From Methylorubrum extorquens (GTDB lineage Bacteria > Pseudomonadota > Alphaproteobacteria > Rhizobiales > Beijerinckiaceae): a stretch of DNA of 32,000 nt. Below are positions 9,055-18,894 of this stretch, in pieces; within the stretch, counting starts at the first letter, position 1, and each line of letters starts with the position of its first letter. The notes under the pieces are model-generated. The model was not told where the DNA came from. It searched no databases and saw only the letters and a list, made by a program, of their open reading frames with translations. Location: assembly GCA_900234795.1 (NCBI GenBank), contig LT962688.1, positions 390,001 through 422,000 on the forward strand, in the 5' to 3' direction. The translations under genes and the position numbers were made by a program.

Positions 9055-10062
9055 TCAGGGGATGGGCGTCAGGGCCGGGGGCGGAAGCAGGCTCGGCACG
9101 ATGACGCGAATGGCGCTGCTTCTCTCGCCGGTCGAGCCTGTCTGTTCGGCCTGTTCGGCGGCGTCCTTCGCGGCCGGGGCCACGGCGCCGTCGCGGCTGG
9201 CGGCGTCGGCCGCGAGGCCCGCCGCGGTCCGGTCGGCTCGACCGACCAGGGTCAGGCGCACCTTGGGCGCGCGGGAGAGCTTCTCGGCCGTCATCGGGGT
9301 GACGAAGATGTCGCCCTTGTGCCGCACCAGCATGCTCTCGGCCTTCACGAGCGACTGCGCCCAGGTCTGGCCCTCCTGCTTACAGGAGCAGTCGGCGGTG
9401 AAGCTCTTGCGGAACTTGAAGGCGGTCGGCAGCGCCGTGTAGGCGCGGCTGCCCTTGAGCGTGGCGGCGTATTTCAGGGCGTCGTCGCCATGCGGCATCG
9501 AGTAGGCGACCGCTTCCGTGCCGGGGCACAGCGCCTGGCACATCTCATCGGCCCCGCCGCGCCCGTCCGGCAGGTTGCCCATCGGGAAATAGGACCCGTC
9601 GCAGGTCTTCACGCAAATGACCTTCGGGCCGCCCCGGGCGGTCTGGCCGCCTGAAACGCCCTCCTGTCCCTCGCCGGGGATCAGGCCGATGCAGGCGTTC
9701 GACACGGCGGAGACGAGTTGCCGACGGCGGGCGGCGACGACCTCGCCATCCCCACCGCCATAGGTGGCGTTGAGTGAACGGATCCGCGCTTCGACGGCGC
9801 CGCATTGCGGGGGCCGCGTATCGAAGAACAGGAACTTGCCGCCCTCGCAATTGAGGCTGCGATAGTAGGACTCGAGACGTGCGACCTCGCTCTGGAGCGC
9901 CGACGCGGTCGAGGCGCTGGCGTTGAGGTTGGCGAGTTCCGTGCGGTAGCGCTGGCAGGCCCAGACATCCGGCGCAGCCGCAGCCGGCCACGCTCCAGCG
10001 AGGACAAGCGCGGCGAGCGCGGCGCCGATTACGCGGCGAAACTGCGGTCCGATCATCGGCAT
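9055..10062 (-). CDS. DUF2865 domain-containing secreted protein
   Basis: Start is at MPMIGPQFRRVIGAALAALVLAGAWPAAA (signal peptide). The Cys-rich core ICVKTCDGSYFPMG...MCQALCPGTEAVAYSMP...YTALPTAFKFRKSFTADCSCK matches the DUF2865 pattern known from Rhizobiales. Confidence 0.8.
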   Translation of the reverse strand: MPMIGPQFRRVIGAALAALVLAGAWPAAAAPDVWACQRYRTELANLNASASTASALQSEVARLESYYRSLNCEGGKFLFFDTRPPQCGAVEARIRSLNATYGGGDGEVVAARRRQLVSAVSNACIGLIPGEGQEGVSGGQTARGGPKVICVKTCDGSYFPMGNLPDGRGGADEMCQALCPGTEAVAYSMPHGDDALKYAATLKGSRAYTALPTAFKFRKSFTADCSCKQEGQTWAQSLVKAESMLVRHKGDIFVTPMTAEKLSRAPKVRLTLVGRADRTAAGLAADAASRDGAVAPAAKDAAEQAEQTGSTGERSSAIRVIVPSLLPPPALTPIP

Positions 10063-10228
10063 GGTGCGGATGCTGGGATTCTCGAGCAGGAGGTCGCGGG
10101 GAAGGACGCGTGAGGATGCCGGGCCGCACGAAGCGGCACAAGCGATCACCGACATGTGTTAAAGCCCCTCGCCCTTTCGGGACAGAGACACCACGTCTCT
10201 GCGGCTAAGCTTTGAGGGGATTGCGTCG

Positions 10229-10783
10229 ATGATGTGGCTCACGGGCACCAATGGGAGCAGCCGCTCGGTGGCGGCCGGCCTCGTCGCGGGCGTCGCCGCC
10301 CTCGTCGTCTCTTGTCTCGCCGCGTCCGCCCCGGCCCGGGCCCAGGAGCCCGACCGGATCTTCGACAAGTCGACGGTCTGGCGGCCGCTGACTCCCAACG
10401 ACAAGCTCGTGGTCTACGGCATCGACGATCCGGCCGTGGCCGGCATCGCCTGCTGGTACACCCAGCCCGAGAAGGGCGGCATCAAGGGGACGTTCGGTCT
10501 TGCCGAGGATGTCTCGGACATCTCGCTCGCCTGCCGGCAGGTCGGCCCGGTCCAGTTCAAGGACAAGGTGAAACAGGGCGAGGTGGTGTTCAGCGAGCGC
10601 CGCTCGCTGATCTTCAAGTCGATGCAGATCGTGCGTGGCTGCGACGTCAAGCGCAATGCGCTGATCTACATGGTCTATTCGGACAAGGTGGTTCAGGGCT
10701 CGCCCAAGAACTCCACCTCCGCCGTGCCGCTCGCGCCGTGGGGGACCGAGCCGCCGCCGAAATGCGCGGATTTCGTGAAGTAG
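10229..10783 (+). CDS. creA: CreA family protein
   Basis: It has a signal peptide, then ...VVYGIDDPAVAGIACWYTQPEKGG...FSERRSLIFKSMQIVRGCDVKRNALIYMVYSDKVVQGSPKNSTSAVPL. That stretch is the conserved CreA core. GAGGGG lies 9 nt upstream of the ATG. Confidence 0.85.
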   Translation: MMWLTGTNGSSRSVAAGLVAGVAALVVSCLAASAPARAQEPDRIFDKSTVWRPLTPNDKLVVYGIDDPAVAGIACWYTQPEKGGIKGTFGLAEDVSDISLACRQVGPVQFKDKVKQGEVVFSERRSLIFKSMQIVRGCDVKRNALIYMVYSDKVVQGSPKNSTSAVPLAPWGTEPPPKCADFVK

Positions 10784-10796
10784 CGCGTCCGCCGAA

Positions 10797-11120
10797 TCAA
10801 TCCTGGCAGGTGATGCGCAGCGGGCGCGGCGCGCTCTTCACCGGAGCGGCGTCGCCGATGGCGCCGGTATACTCGTCCTGAGCGGCGACGCCGTAATTGG
10901 CGGCGGTGGCAAAGCCCTGCGACTCGCACCACGCGTTGGCGACGACCTGTCCGCACTCGCTCGGGCCGCCGCTGAGGCACTCGCCGACGCCGTAGCCGTC
11001 TTCGGCAGGGATCAGGAACGTCTTCTCGACATGCTTAAGCGCAGGCGCGGGCTCACTACCGGCGATGGCCGGGAGGGCGGCGGTGGCGAGGACAAAGAGG
11101 GCGGCGACCGTGCGGCGCAT
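10797..11120 (-). CDS. small secreted hypothetical protein (107 aa, 4 Cys)
   Basis: Start is at MRRTVAALFVLATAALPAIAG (signal peptide; ATG complement 11118-11120). The mature part contains CLSGGPSEC...WCESQGF...ITCQD. No family recognised. The upstream 95 codons of the ORF are Arg/Pro-rich shadow sequence. Confidence 0.55.
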   Translation of the reverse strand: MRRTVAALFVLATAALPAIAGSEPAPALKHVEKTFLIPAEDGYGVGECLSGGPSECGQVVANAWCESQGFATAANYGVAAQDEYTGAIGDAAPVKSAPRPLRITCQD

Positions 11121-11448
11121 GGTGAAAACCTTGTGAACGGGTTCGTTCGAGTGCGGAGTGTTCGGACGGCGCGGTAAACAAATCCTTGCCGGTCCGCCTT
11201 CGGTCGGTTGCGGGAGGGCGCATCCGCCGCCCCGCTCGAATTCATCACCGTTTTGCGGTAGCCCAACCCTGGCGCGGCGACCGTCGCGGCAGCGCAACAG
11301 CGGCGGCCGGCGGCTCCGGCGACACTGTGGCAGCGGTGCCGTTCGGCGCCGTGGGACGGCCGGCGGAAGATGCTGGGCCGCAACGACAAACGACGAGGGC
11401 GGCACAGGCCGCAGGGGAGGCCGGGCAAGCCCGGCAGGAACGCAGTCG

Positions 11449-12837
11449 ATGACGCCGATGTTGCGCCTCTACAACACGCTGACCCGCGAGAAGGCGGCCT
11501 TCGCACCGATCGATCCGACGAATGTGCGGATGTATGCCTGCGGGCCGACGGTCTACGACGCGGCGCATATCGGCAACGCGCGGCCGATCATCGTCTTCGA
11601 CCTGCTGTTCCGGCTGCTGCGCCACCTCTACGGGCCGGCGCACGTCACCTATGCCCGCAACGTCACGGACGTGGACGACAAGATCAACGCCCGCGCGCTC
11701 GAACGCGGCATCACCATCCGCGAACTGACCGATGGCACGCTGGCACAGTTCCACCGGGACATCCGCGACCTCGGCGTGCTGATGGCCGACGACGTGAACC
11801 GCGCGGGCGAGCCGGCGCGCTTCATCGAGCCGCGGGCGACCGACCATATCGCCGAGATGCACCGGCTGATCGAGGGGCTGGTCGCCGCCGGCCACGCCTA
11901 CGTGGCGGAAGGGCACGTTCTGTTCGACGTCCCCTCCATGCCCGATTACGGCGCGCTCTCGAAGCGCCCGCTCGACGAAATGGAATCGGGCGCACGGGTC
12001 GAGGTCGCGCCCTACAAGCGCTCGCCGCTCGACTTCGTGCTGTGGAAGCCCTCGAAGGCGGGCGAACCGTCCTGGCCCTCACCCTGCGGGATCGACCTGC
12101 CCGGCCGGCCCGGCTGGCACATCGAGTGCTCGGCGATGTCGTGGAAGCATCTGGGCGAAACCTTCGACATCCATGCCGGCGGCCTCGACCTGATCTTCCC
12201 CCACCACGAGAACGAGGTGGCCCAATCGCGCTGCTGCTTCGGCACCGACGTGATGGCCCATGTCTGGCTCCACAACGGCTTCCTGCAGGTCGAGGGGGAG
12301 AAGATGTCGAAGTCGCTCGGCAACTTCATCACCATCCGCCAGGTGCTGGACGACTGGCCGGGCGAGGTCGTGCGCCTCAACATGCTGAAGACCCACTACC
12401 GCCAGCCGATCGATTGGACCCTGCGCGGCCTGGAGGAGTCGAGCCGGATGCTGGACCGCTGGTACGAGGCCGCCGGCGAAGCGGCGCCCGACGCGGAGGT
12501 GCCCGAAGGCGTGGTCGAGGCGCTCTGCGACGACCTGAACACGCCCGCGGCCCTCGGCGAATTGCATCGCCTTGCCGGCACCAGCCCCTCGGCGCTCAAG
12601 GCCGGCGCGGGACTGATGGGTTTCCTGGCCGTCACGCAGGCGCAGCGCGAGGCCGAGCGGGTCGGCGCGGCCGGCATCGACGTGGCGCGGGTCGAGGCGC
12701 TGATCGCCGAGCGCAAGGCGGCCCGCGCCGCGAAGGACTGGGCGGCCTCCGACCGGGTGCGCGACGCGCTCACCGCCATGGGCGTGAGCGTGAAGGACAA
12801 CAAGGACGGCACCACCACCTGGACGGTGGCGGGCTGA
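11449..12837 (+). CDS. cysS: cysteine--tRNA ligase
   Basis: Start is at [15 protein letters not shown] (ATG 11449, AGGAA upstream). HIGH motif: [21 protein letters not shown] motif: [11 protein letters not shown]. The zinc/cysteine-binding WHIECSAM block is present. Confidence 0.93.
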   Translation: MTPMLRLYNTLTREKAAFAPIDPTNVRMYACGPTVYDAAHIGNARPIIVFDLLFRLLRHLYGPAHVTYARNVTDVDDKINARALERGITIRELTDGTLAQFHRDIRDLGVLMADDVNRAGEPARFIEPRATDHIAEMHRLIEGLVAAGHAYVAEGHVLFDVPSMPDYGALSKRPLDEMESGARVEVAPYKRSPLDFVLWKPSKAGEPSWPSPCGIDLPGRPGWHIECSAMSWKHLGETFDIHAGGLDLIFPHHENEVAQSRCCFGTDVMAHVWLHNGFLQVEGEKMSKSLGNFITIRQVLDDWPGEVVRLNMLKTHYRQPIDWTLRGLEESSRMLDRWYEAAGEAAPDAEVPEGVVEALCDDLNTPAALGELHRLAGTSPSALKAGAGLMGFLAVTQAQREAERVGAAGIDVARVEALIAERKAARAAKDWAASDRVRDALTAMGVSVKDNKDGTTTWTVAG

Positions 12838-12892
12838 AGGGCTGCCCGAACCTTAGGGAATGACTGGCCGAGGCGCGCAGCGCTGAAGCGAA

Positions 12893-13684
12893 TCAGCCCT
12901 TCAGCCGCTGCAACCAGCCGCCACGATGGGCGTAGGAGCGCCCACCGAGGCGGCGCAAAGCCTCCGTAGTCGGCACGATCGGGTACTCGGCATAGACCTG
13001 CGCGATCTCGGCGGCCGTGTTGGGCAGCCGGGAGAACTCCTCAAGGATTGCGTCGTAGTTCGTCTTGAGCGTGCGCGAGGACGGATCGAGCCCGGTGACG
13101 ATCACGAGGCCCGTGGGCGCGGCGTCCACGAGCATCACGTCGAGATCCGGCCGGTAGCGCTTCAGGATCGGCACGATCTTCCAGACGTCGCCGGTCCACC
13201 AGTTCTCGAACGGAGTGCCGCGCCCGCGGATGCCGGCCTGCATCGGGTCGCGGTCGGCCATCGGCGCGGCCACCGGCAGGCAGTCGTGCATCACGATGAT
13301 CGAATCCCGCCGGCAGATCGCTTCCGTGTTGAAGAAATCCCGCAGCAGGAACTCGAACAGGTGCATCCCGTCGAGGAAGGCGAGATCGATCCGGCCCCCG
13401 ACATGGCGGCGCAGGTTGAGGTTCGCGAAGAACACGTCGCTCATCGTCTGGAACAGCGAGACCCTGACCTTGTTGGCCGCGACGTTGGTCTTGAGCTGGA
13501 ACTCCGGATCGACGGCGACGCCGTGACGGCAGGCGATGCCCGAGAAGATGTCGCCGAATGCAACGCCGATTTCCAGGTAGCGCTGGACGGCGGCATTGCG
13601 CGAGAGGCGGGCCAGCACCGTCCCGTAATACTCGCCCTGGTGCTCGCCGGCGATGGTCTGTCCGGGTTCGATCGTGGCGGCCAT
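12893..13684 (-). CDS. class I SAM-dependent methyltransferase (Methyltransf_24 / CmcI-like fold), specificity unknown
   Basis: 263 aa, with YLEIGVAFGDIFSGIA (motif I-like) and IDLAFLDGMHLFEFLLRDF (typical of this subfamily). Its ATG shares one nucleotide with the LOG stop codon (TGATG on the minus strand at 13682-13686). Confidence 0.65.
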   Translation of the reverse strand: MAATIEPGQTIAGEHQGEYYGTVLARLSRNAAVQRYLEIGVAFGDIFSGIACRHGVAVDPEFQLKTNVAANKVRVSLFQTMSDVFFANLNLRRHVGGRIDLAFLDGMHLFEFLLRDFFNTEAICRRDSIIVMHDCLPVAAPMADRDPMQAGIRGRGTPFENWWTGDVWKIVPILKRYRPDLDVMLVDAAPTGLVIVTGLDPSSRTLKTNYDAILEEFSRLPNTAAEIAQVYAEYPIVPTTEALRRLGGRSYAHRGGWLQRLKG

Positions 13685-14289
13685 CAGAAGCGCTTCTCGA
13701 TCAGTTCATCCGCCAGCGGCGCCGGCTCGACCCGGCCCAGAACCTCACGCAGCGTCTCCACGACAAGGTCGGGATCCTCGCCGACGAGGTAGTTCAGATC
13801 GAGCCCCTCGCGGATGAAGCCGTAGGCGCGCATGTGGTCGATCAGGGTGATCAGCGGGTCCCAGAAGCCGTTTACCGAGAGCAGCAGGATCGGCTTGCGA
13901 TGCTGGCCGAGCTGGGCCCAGGTGAGCTGTTCGACCAGTTCCTCCAGCGTGCCGATGCCGCCGGGCAGGGCGACGAAGGCGTCGGCGCGGTCGAACATCA
14001 GCCGCTTGCGGGTGTGCATGTCGGAGACGACGATCGTCTCCTGCACCGCATCGAGCATGCGCTCGCGCGACTTCAGGAAGTCCGGGATGATGCCGGTAAC
14101 GTAGCCGCCCGCCTCGAGCGTCGCACTCGCAACGGTGCCCATCAGGCCGACGTTGCCGCCGCCATAGACGAGCTTGATCCTCTGACGGGCCAGCGCCGTG
14201 CCGAGCCGTTGGGCGGCGTCGGCGAAGGCCGGATCACCGCCGAAGCCGGAACCGCAATAGACGCAGACGGAAGTGAGCGGCACCATCAC
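13684..14289 (-). CDS. LOG family protein (TIGR00730; cytokinin riboside 5'-monophosphate phosphoribohydrolase-like)
   Basis: SVCVYCGSGFG, LVYGGGNVGLMG and the diagnostic ALPGGIGTLEEL (PGGxGTxxE) motif, then LLSVNGFWDPL. Confidence 0.88.
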   Translation of the reverse strand: MMVPLTSVCVYCGSGFGGDPAFADAAQRLGTALARQRIKLVYGGGNVGLMGTVASATLEAGGYVTGIIPDFLKSRERMLDAVQETIVVSDMHTRKRLMFDRADAFVALPGGIGTLEELVEQLTWAQLGQHRKPILLLSVNGFWDPLITLIDHMRAYGFIREGLDLNYLVGEDPDLVVETLREVLGRVEPAPLADELIEKRF

Positions 14290-14502
14290 AGGCCTCCCCG
14301 ACCGCGACGGCGGGACACGGCCGGGCCTTTATCCGAGCGACAGATTGCTGAGTTTGCCGAGGAAACGACCGCGCGGCCGTGTTCGAGCTTTGGTGTTCTT
14401 CTCATGTTCGTTAATATGTCACCGGATTTAGACGGGTTTTCGACACGCGGCGGCAGATCGTGCGCGCCCGCGGCGGCCCGTGGCGTACGGGAGTAGGCGG
14501 CC

Positions 14503-16038
14503 ATGACGGCTGAGGTACGGCGAAGCATCGTCCTCGCGATTGCGGGCCTGCTCGGCGGCTTCGCCATGGTGGTCGCGTTGTTCGGGACCGGAGAGCTTCT
14601 CAAGCGCAACGCGGCGGTCAATCCTTCTGCCGAAACACCGGCCACGCCGGACAAGCCTTCGGCCGGGACGCAGACCGGCGACCGCGCGGGTAAGGCGCCC
14701 TCGACGGACTCCCCTCATGCCGCCCTCGGAGCCCTCTCGCAAGAGGGGATCGGGCCGGGAGAACCGAGCGCGGCCGATGCGAAGCCGCGTGCGGATGACG
14801 GCACGCCGACCTTCGACATCGTGCGCGTCGAACCCGACGGAGCGAGCGTGATCGCCGGGCGGGCGGCACCGAACAGCCGCATCGAGCTGCTGCGCGACGG
14901 AAAACCCTTCGCCAGCGCTCAGGCCGACGCTTCCGGGCAGTTCGCCTTGACGCCGCCGGACCTGCCGCCGGGCTCGAGCGAAATCGCCCTGCGCGCCACC
15001 GGCGCCGACGGAAAGCCGCTGCCGGGGCGCGAGAGCGTGACCGTCGTGGTCGCCGAGGCGCGCAACACCAAGCCGCTGATCGCCCTGACGGCCCCGGACG
15101 CGCCGACGCGGGTTCTGTCTCAACCCGGCGCGCCGGACGCCTCCGGCAAGCCGCCGGCCACGGTTGCCGCCGAAACGCCCGGCCGGGCCGGGCCCGAGCC
15201 GAAAGTCGCCGAGGGATCGCGGGGAGCCGGCAAGGCGGCACCGGGAGCGGGCGCCCTTCGCATCGTCAGCGTGGACGCGCAGGAGGGCGGGCGCCTGCAC
15301 GTCACCGGCCAGACGACGGCGTGGAGCAGCCTGCGCCTCTACCTCAACGACACCATGGTCGCCTCGGGACAATCCGGAGCCGACGGGCGGGTGGCGTTCA
15401 CGATCGGACGCGGGGTGAAGCCGGGCGCCTACCGCATCCGCGTCGATTCCGTCGATTCGGGGGGCAGCAAGGTGAAGGCCCGCGCCGAAGTCGCCTTCGC
15501 CTATCCCGACAGCGTGCCGCCGACGCGCTACGCCGACAACAGCCCGGCCGAGACAACAGCACCGGCTGCGACGGGCAAGACTTCCGCAACGGCACCGGCT
15601 GCGGCGAAGCTCAAATCCGGCGAGGTGGGGGCCGTACCGCGCCCCGCGGCTCCCCCGGCCAGGGCCAGCGGCGCGGCAGGGACCGAACCGGAGCGTCCGG
15701 CTGCGTCCGGCACCGGGTCTTTGGCCGCAGCGGCACCGGCGCCGGGCGCGGATGGCAGTGCCGCCGCGCTCTCGCCGCGCCGTCCGGATGACGTCGAGGG
15801 GGGTGCCGTGTTCGTGCCGGAAGTCGCCACCGCCCGGATCACGCGCGGCGACAGCCTGTGGCAGATCAGCCGGCGCACCTATGGCCGCGGCAACCGCTAC
15901 ACCGTGATCTACGACGCCAACCAAGAGCAGATCCGCGACCCGAACCGGATCTATCCCGGCCAGATGTTCGTGCTGCCGAACAACGAATCCAAGCCGAGCG
16001 TGCCGTCCACCAAAAGCGGCCCGGACCGCCGGACGTGA
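14503..16038 (+). CDS. LysM peptidoglycan-binding domain protein (N-terminal TM anchor, Pro/Ala-rich linkers, Ig-like repeats)
   Basis: GGGAG lies upstream of ATG 14503. The TM anchor is IVLAIAGLLGGFAMVVALF. The C-terminal LysM is ARITRGDSLWQISRRTYGRGNRYTVIYDANQEQIRDPNRIYPGQMFVLP. Confidence 0.85.
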   Translation: MTAEVRRSIVLAIAGLLGGFAMVVALFGTGELLKRNAAVNPSAETPATPDKPSAGTQTGDRAGKAPSTDSPHAALGALSQEGIGPGEPSAADAKPRADDGTPTFDIVRVEPDGASVIAGRAAPNSRIELLRDGKPFASAQADASGQFALTPPDLPPGSSEIALRATGADGKPLPGRESVTVVVAEARNTKPLIALTAPDAPTRVLSQPGAPDASGKPPATVAAETPGRAGPEPKVAEGSRGAGKAAPGAGALRIVSVDAQEGGRLHVTGQTTAWSSLRLYLNDTMVASGQSGADGRVAFTIGRGVKPGAYRIRVDSVDSGGSKVKARAEVAFAYPDSVPPTRYADNSPAETTAPAATGKTSATAPAAAKLKSGEVGAVPRPAAPPARASGAAGTEPERPAASGTGSLAAAAPAPGADGSAAALSPRRPDDVEGGAVFVPEVATARITRGDSLWQISRRTYGRGNRYTVIYDANQEQIRDPNRIYPGQMFVLPNNESKPSVPSTKSGPDRRT

Positions 16039-16147
16039 CGGAACGGGTGGAGGCCCGAGGCGCGAAGAGGATGTGCGATCCGGTGCGAGCGCCTATATGC
16101 GCCTCGCGACGGCCGCCTGGCGCCGAAAGATCTCTTCGAACCTCATC

Positions 16148-18088
16148 ATGGCAAATGCACCCGTGCCGGCGGGGGAGGGCGCGTCTGCGCCCCTCGAACG
16201 CCCTGGCCTCCTGACGACCTATCGCCGGCTTTGGCCCTATCTCTGGCCACACGGCCGCGTCGATCTTCAGCGCCGGGTCTTCCTCGCCTTCGGCCTCCTG
16301 TTCGTCGCCAAGGCCGCGACGATGGTGATGCCCTTCACCTTCAAATGGGCCACCGACGCGCTGGTGGCGGCCATCGGCTCCAAGGACGGCGCCGGCGAGG
16401 CCGCTGCCGCTGCGGTGCCGGCCGGGCTCCTCTCGGCGCCCTTCCTGCTGATTGCGCTCTACGGCCTGTCGCGGATTGCCATGGCCGGGCTGACGCAGGT
16501 TCGCGACGGGTTGTTCGCCAAGGTCGCGATGCATGCCGTGCGCAAGCTCGCGCTTCAGACCTTCGAGCACATGCATCGCCTGTCCCTTCGCTTCCACCTC
16601 GAGCGCAAGACCGGCGGCCTCACCCGCGTGCTGGAACGCGGCCGCTCCGGCATCGAGGAATTGTCGCGCCTGATGGTGCTGACGCTGGTGCCGACCATCG
16701 TCGAACTGGTCCTCGTGCTCGGCATCCTCGCCTACGAGTTCGACTGGCTCTACTCGGTGGTCGTGGCGGCGATGATCGCCAGCTATCTCGGCTTCACCTG
16801 GAAGGCGACCGACTGGCGCATCGGCATCCGCCGCCGGATGAACAACTCGGACACCGAGGCCAACTCGAAGGCGGTCGATTCGCTGCTCAACTTCGAAACG
16901 GTGAAGTATTTCGGTGCCGAACGGCGCGAGACCGCCCGCTACGACGCGTCGATGGAACGCTACGAGAAGGCCTCGACGCAGACCTACGTCTCGCTCGCCG
17001 TGCTCAATGCCGGCCAAGCCGTGATCTTCACCGTCGGCATGACGGCGGTGATGCTCCTCGCCGCCCGCGACATCATGGCGGGCAACACCACCATCGGCGG
17101 CTTCGTGCTCGTCAACACGATGCTGATTCAGCTCTCGATGCCCCTGAACTTCATGGGCATGATCTACCGCGAGATCAAACAGGCGCTGATCGACATCGAC
17201 GACATGTTCCTGATCCTCCACCGCAACCCGGAGATCGCCGACCGCGCGGGCGCGGCCCCGCTCAAGGTCGAGGCCGGGACGGTGCGCTTCGAGGACGTGC
17301 GCTTTGCCTACATCCCGGAGCGGCCGATCCTGCGCGGCGTCTCGTTCGAGGTGCCGGCCGGGAAGACCGTGGCCATCGTCGGCCCCTCGGGGGCGGGCAA
17401 ATCCACGCTGTCGCGCCTGCTCTTCCGCTTTTACGAGCCGGGGGCGGGCCGCATCACCATCGACGGCCAGGACATCACCGCCGTCCGCCAGGATTCGCTG
17501 CGTGCGGCGATCGGCATGGTCCCGCAGGACACGGTGCTGTTCAACGACACGATCGGCTACAACATCCGCTACGGCCGCTGGGACGCGACCGAGGCCGAGG
17601 TGCGGGAGGCCGCCCGCCTCGCCCAGATCGACCGCTTCATCGAGAGCCTGCCGGAGGGCTACGACACGCCGGTGGGCGAGCGCGGGCTCAAGCTCTCGGG
17701 CGGCGAGAAGCAGCGCGTGGCGATCGCCCGCACCATCCTGAAGGGGCCGCCGATCCTCGTGCTCGACGAGGCCACCTCGGCGCTCGACTCGTTCACCGAA
17801 CGTGACATCCAGACGGCCCTCGACCGGGTCAGCCAGGGCCGCACCACGTTGGTCATCGCGCACCGCCTCTCCACGGTCATCAACGCCGACGAGATCCTCG
17901 TGCTCGACCAGGGCCGCGTGGTCGAGCGCGGCAATCACGCCGAATTGCTCGCCCGCGGGGGCGTCTACGCCGCGCTCTGGAACCGCCAGCGCGAGGCGGA
18001 TGCCGCCCGTGAGGCGCTCAAGCGGGCCGAGGACGAGCGCCTGCTGCTGGAAGAGGCGCGGCGCTCGGAGCCGGAAGCCGTGCACTAA
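16148..18088 (+). CDS. ABC transporter permease/ATP-binding fusion, Atm1/HMT1-type exporter
   Basis: Start is at MANAPVPAG (ATG 16148). A six-helix TMD is followed by an NBD. The NBD has Walker A GPSGAGKST, the signature LSGGEKQRVAIARTILKGPPILVLDEATSALD and the H-loop TLVIAHRLST. The LSGGEKQR signature is typical of the Atm1 family. Confidence 0.88.
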   Translation: MANAPVPAGEGASAPLERPGLLTTYRRLWPYLWPHGRVDLQRRVFLAFGLLFVAKAATMVMPFTFKWATDALVAAIGSKDGAGEAAAAAVPAGLLSAPFLLIALYGLSRIAMAGLTQVRDGLFAKVAMHAVRKLALQTFEHMHRLSLRFHLERKTGGLTRVLERGRSGIEELSRLMVLTLVPTIVELVLVLGILAYEFDWLYSVVVAAMIASYLGFTWKATDWRIGIRRRMNNSDTEANSKAVDSLLNFETVKYFGAERRETARYDASMERYEKASTQTYVSLAVLNAGQAVIFTVGMTAVMLLAARDIMAGNTTIGGFVLVNTMLIQLSMPLNFMGMIYREIKQALIDIDDMFLILHRNPEIADRAGAAPLKVEAGTVRFEDVRFAYIPERPILRGVSFEVPAGKTVAIVGPSGAGKSTLSRLLFRFYEPGAGRITIDGQDITAVRQDSLRAAIGMVPQDTVLFNDTIGYNIRYGRWDATEAEVREAARLAQIDRFIESLPEGYDTPVGERGLKLSGGEKQRVAIARTILKGPPILVLDEATSALDSFTERDIQTALDRVSQGRTTLVIAHRLSTVINADEILVLDQGRVVERGNHAELLARGGVYAALWNRQREADAAREALKRAEDERLLLEEARRSEPEAVH

Positions 18089-18163
18089 CCCGCGGTTGAC
18101 GGAACCGCGCCCCCCTGCCATCCGGCGGGGAAGATTCGCCCCGCCGGAGTCCAACGGGAGCCC

Positions 18164-18874
18164 ATGACCGACCTCATCGAGACGATCCGCCGGACGCTCG
18201 TGCCGATCCACAAGGAGGGCTACCCCTTCATCCTGATCGGCATCGTGCTCACCGTGGTGCTCGGCTACTTCTCGCAGTTCTTCGGCTGGATCTTCCTGAT
18301 CCTGACGCTCTGGGTCTGCTACTTCTTCCGCGATCCCGAGCGGGTGGTGCCGGTCGGCGACGGCCTCATCGTCTCCCCCGCGGACGGGCGCGTGAACCTG
18401 ATCTCGACCGTGCTGCCGCCGGCCGAACTCGACCTCTCGCACGAGCCGATGCTGCGGATCTCGGTGTTCATGAACGTGTTCGACTGCCATGTGAACCGCG
18501 TGCCGGTCTCCGGCAAGATCGGGCAGATCCACTACACGCCGGGCCTGTTCCTCAACGCCGAGCTCGACAAGGCGAGCGAGGACAACGAGCGCAACGGCCT
18601 CGTCATGGAGACGACGCATCGCGGCCAGCAGGTGCGCATCGGCGTGGTGCAGATCGCCGGCCTCGTGGCCCGGCGCATCGTCGGCTTCGTCTCGGCCGGC
18701 GAGTCCCGCCAAGTCGGCGAGCGCTTCGGCCTCATCCGCTTCGGCTCGCGGGTCGATGTCTACCTGCCGCTCGGCACCCGCGTGCTCGTTGGCCTCGGCC
18801 AGAAGGCGGTGGCCGGCGAGACCGTGCTGGCCGACCTCGGTGGCGGCTCGGAGCGGGCCTTCCGCCGCATCTGA
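18164..18874 (+). CDS. psd: phosphatidylserine decarboxylase proenzyme (short, Rhizobiales type)
   Basis: 236 aa. N-terminal TM helices, [26 protein letters not shown] and the self-cleavage region [10 protein letters not shown]. It lies directly upstream of pssA, as is usual in alphaproteobacteria. Confidence 0.88.
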   Translation: MTDLIETIRRTLVPIHKEGYPFILIGIVLTVVLGYFSQFFGWIFLILTLWVCYFFRDPERVVPVGDGLIVSPADGRVNLISTVLPPAELDLSHEPMLRISVFMNVFDCHVNRVPVSGKIGQIHYTPGLFLNAELDKASEDNERNGLVMETTHRGQQVRIGVVQIAGLVARRIVGFVSAGESRQVGERFGLIRFGSRVDVYLPLGTRVLVGLGQKAVAGETVLADLGGGSERAFRRI

Positions 18875-18894
18875 TCTCTTTGCAGAAGAGCGAC

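Noticed and set aside
7340-9104. Long ORFs in four alternative frames (7340-8866 -, 7521-9104 +, 7841-8809 +, 8158-8472 +) and repeat units that superficially resemble an array
   Set aside because: All lie within the low-complexity repeat tract of the OmpA-like gene, and repetitive GC-rich DNA keeps every frame open. The repeats are contiguous, imperfect and in-frame coding units with no unique spacers, so this is not a CRISPR array.
11158-11448. Upstream extensions of real genes in the ORF track (cysS 11158, rpsD to 21814, OmpA-like to 9014, methyltransferase to 5107, DUF2865 to 10155, HlyD from 1312)
   Set aside because: The extensions are Arg/Pro-rich, lack homology-like sequence, and run into neighbouring genes or hairpins. 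Conserved N-termini and SD sequences support the internal starts given in the features.
15866-18712. 948-aa minus-strand ORF, the longest in the window
   Set aside because: It is antisense to the well-supported Atm1-type ABC exporter and psd. Its composition is dominated by R/G/A/D/H with no domain motifs, so it is a GC shadow ORF.
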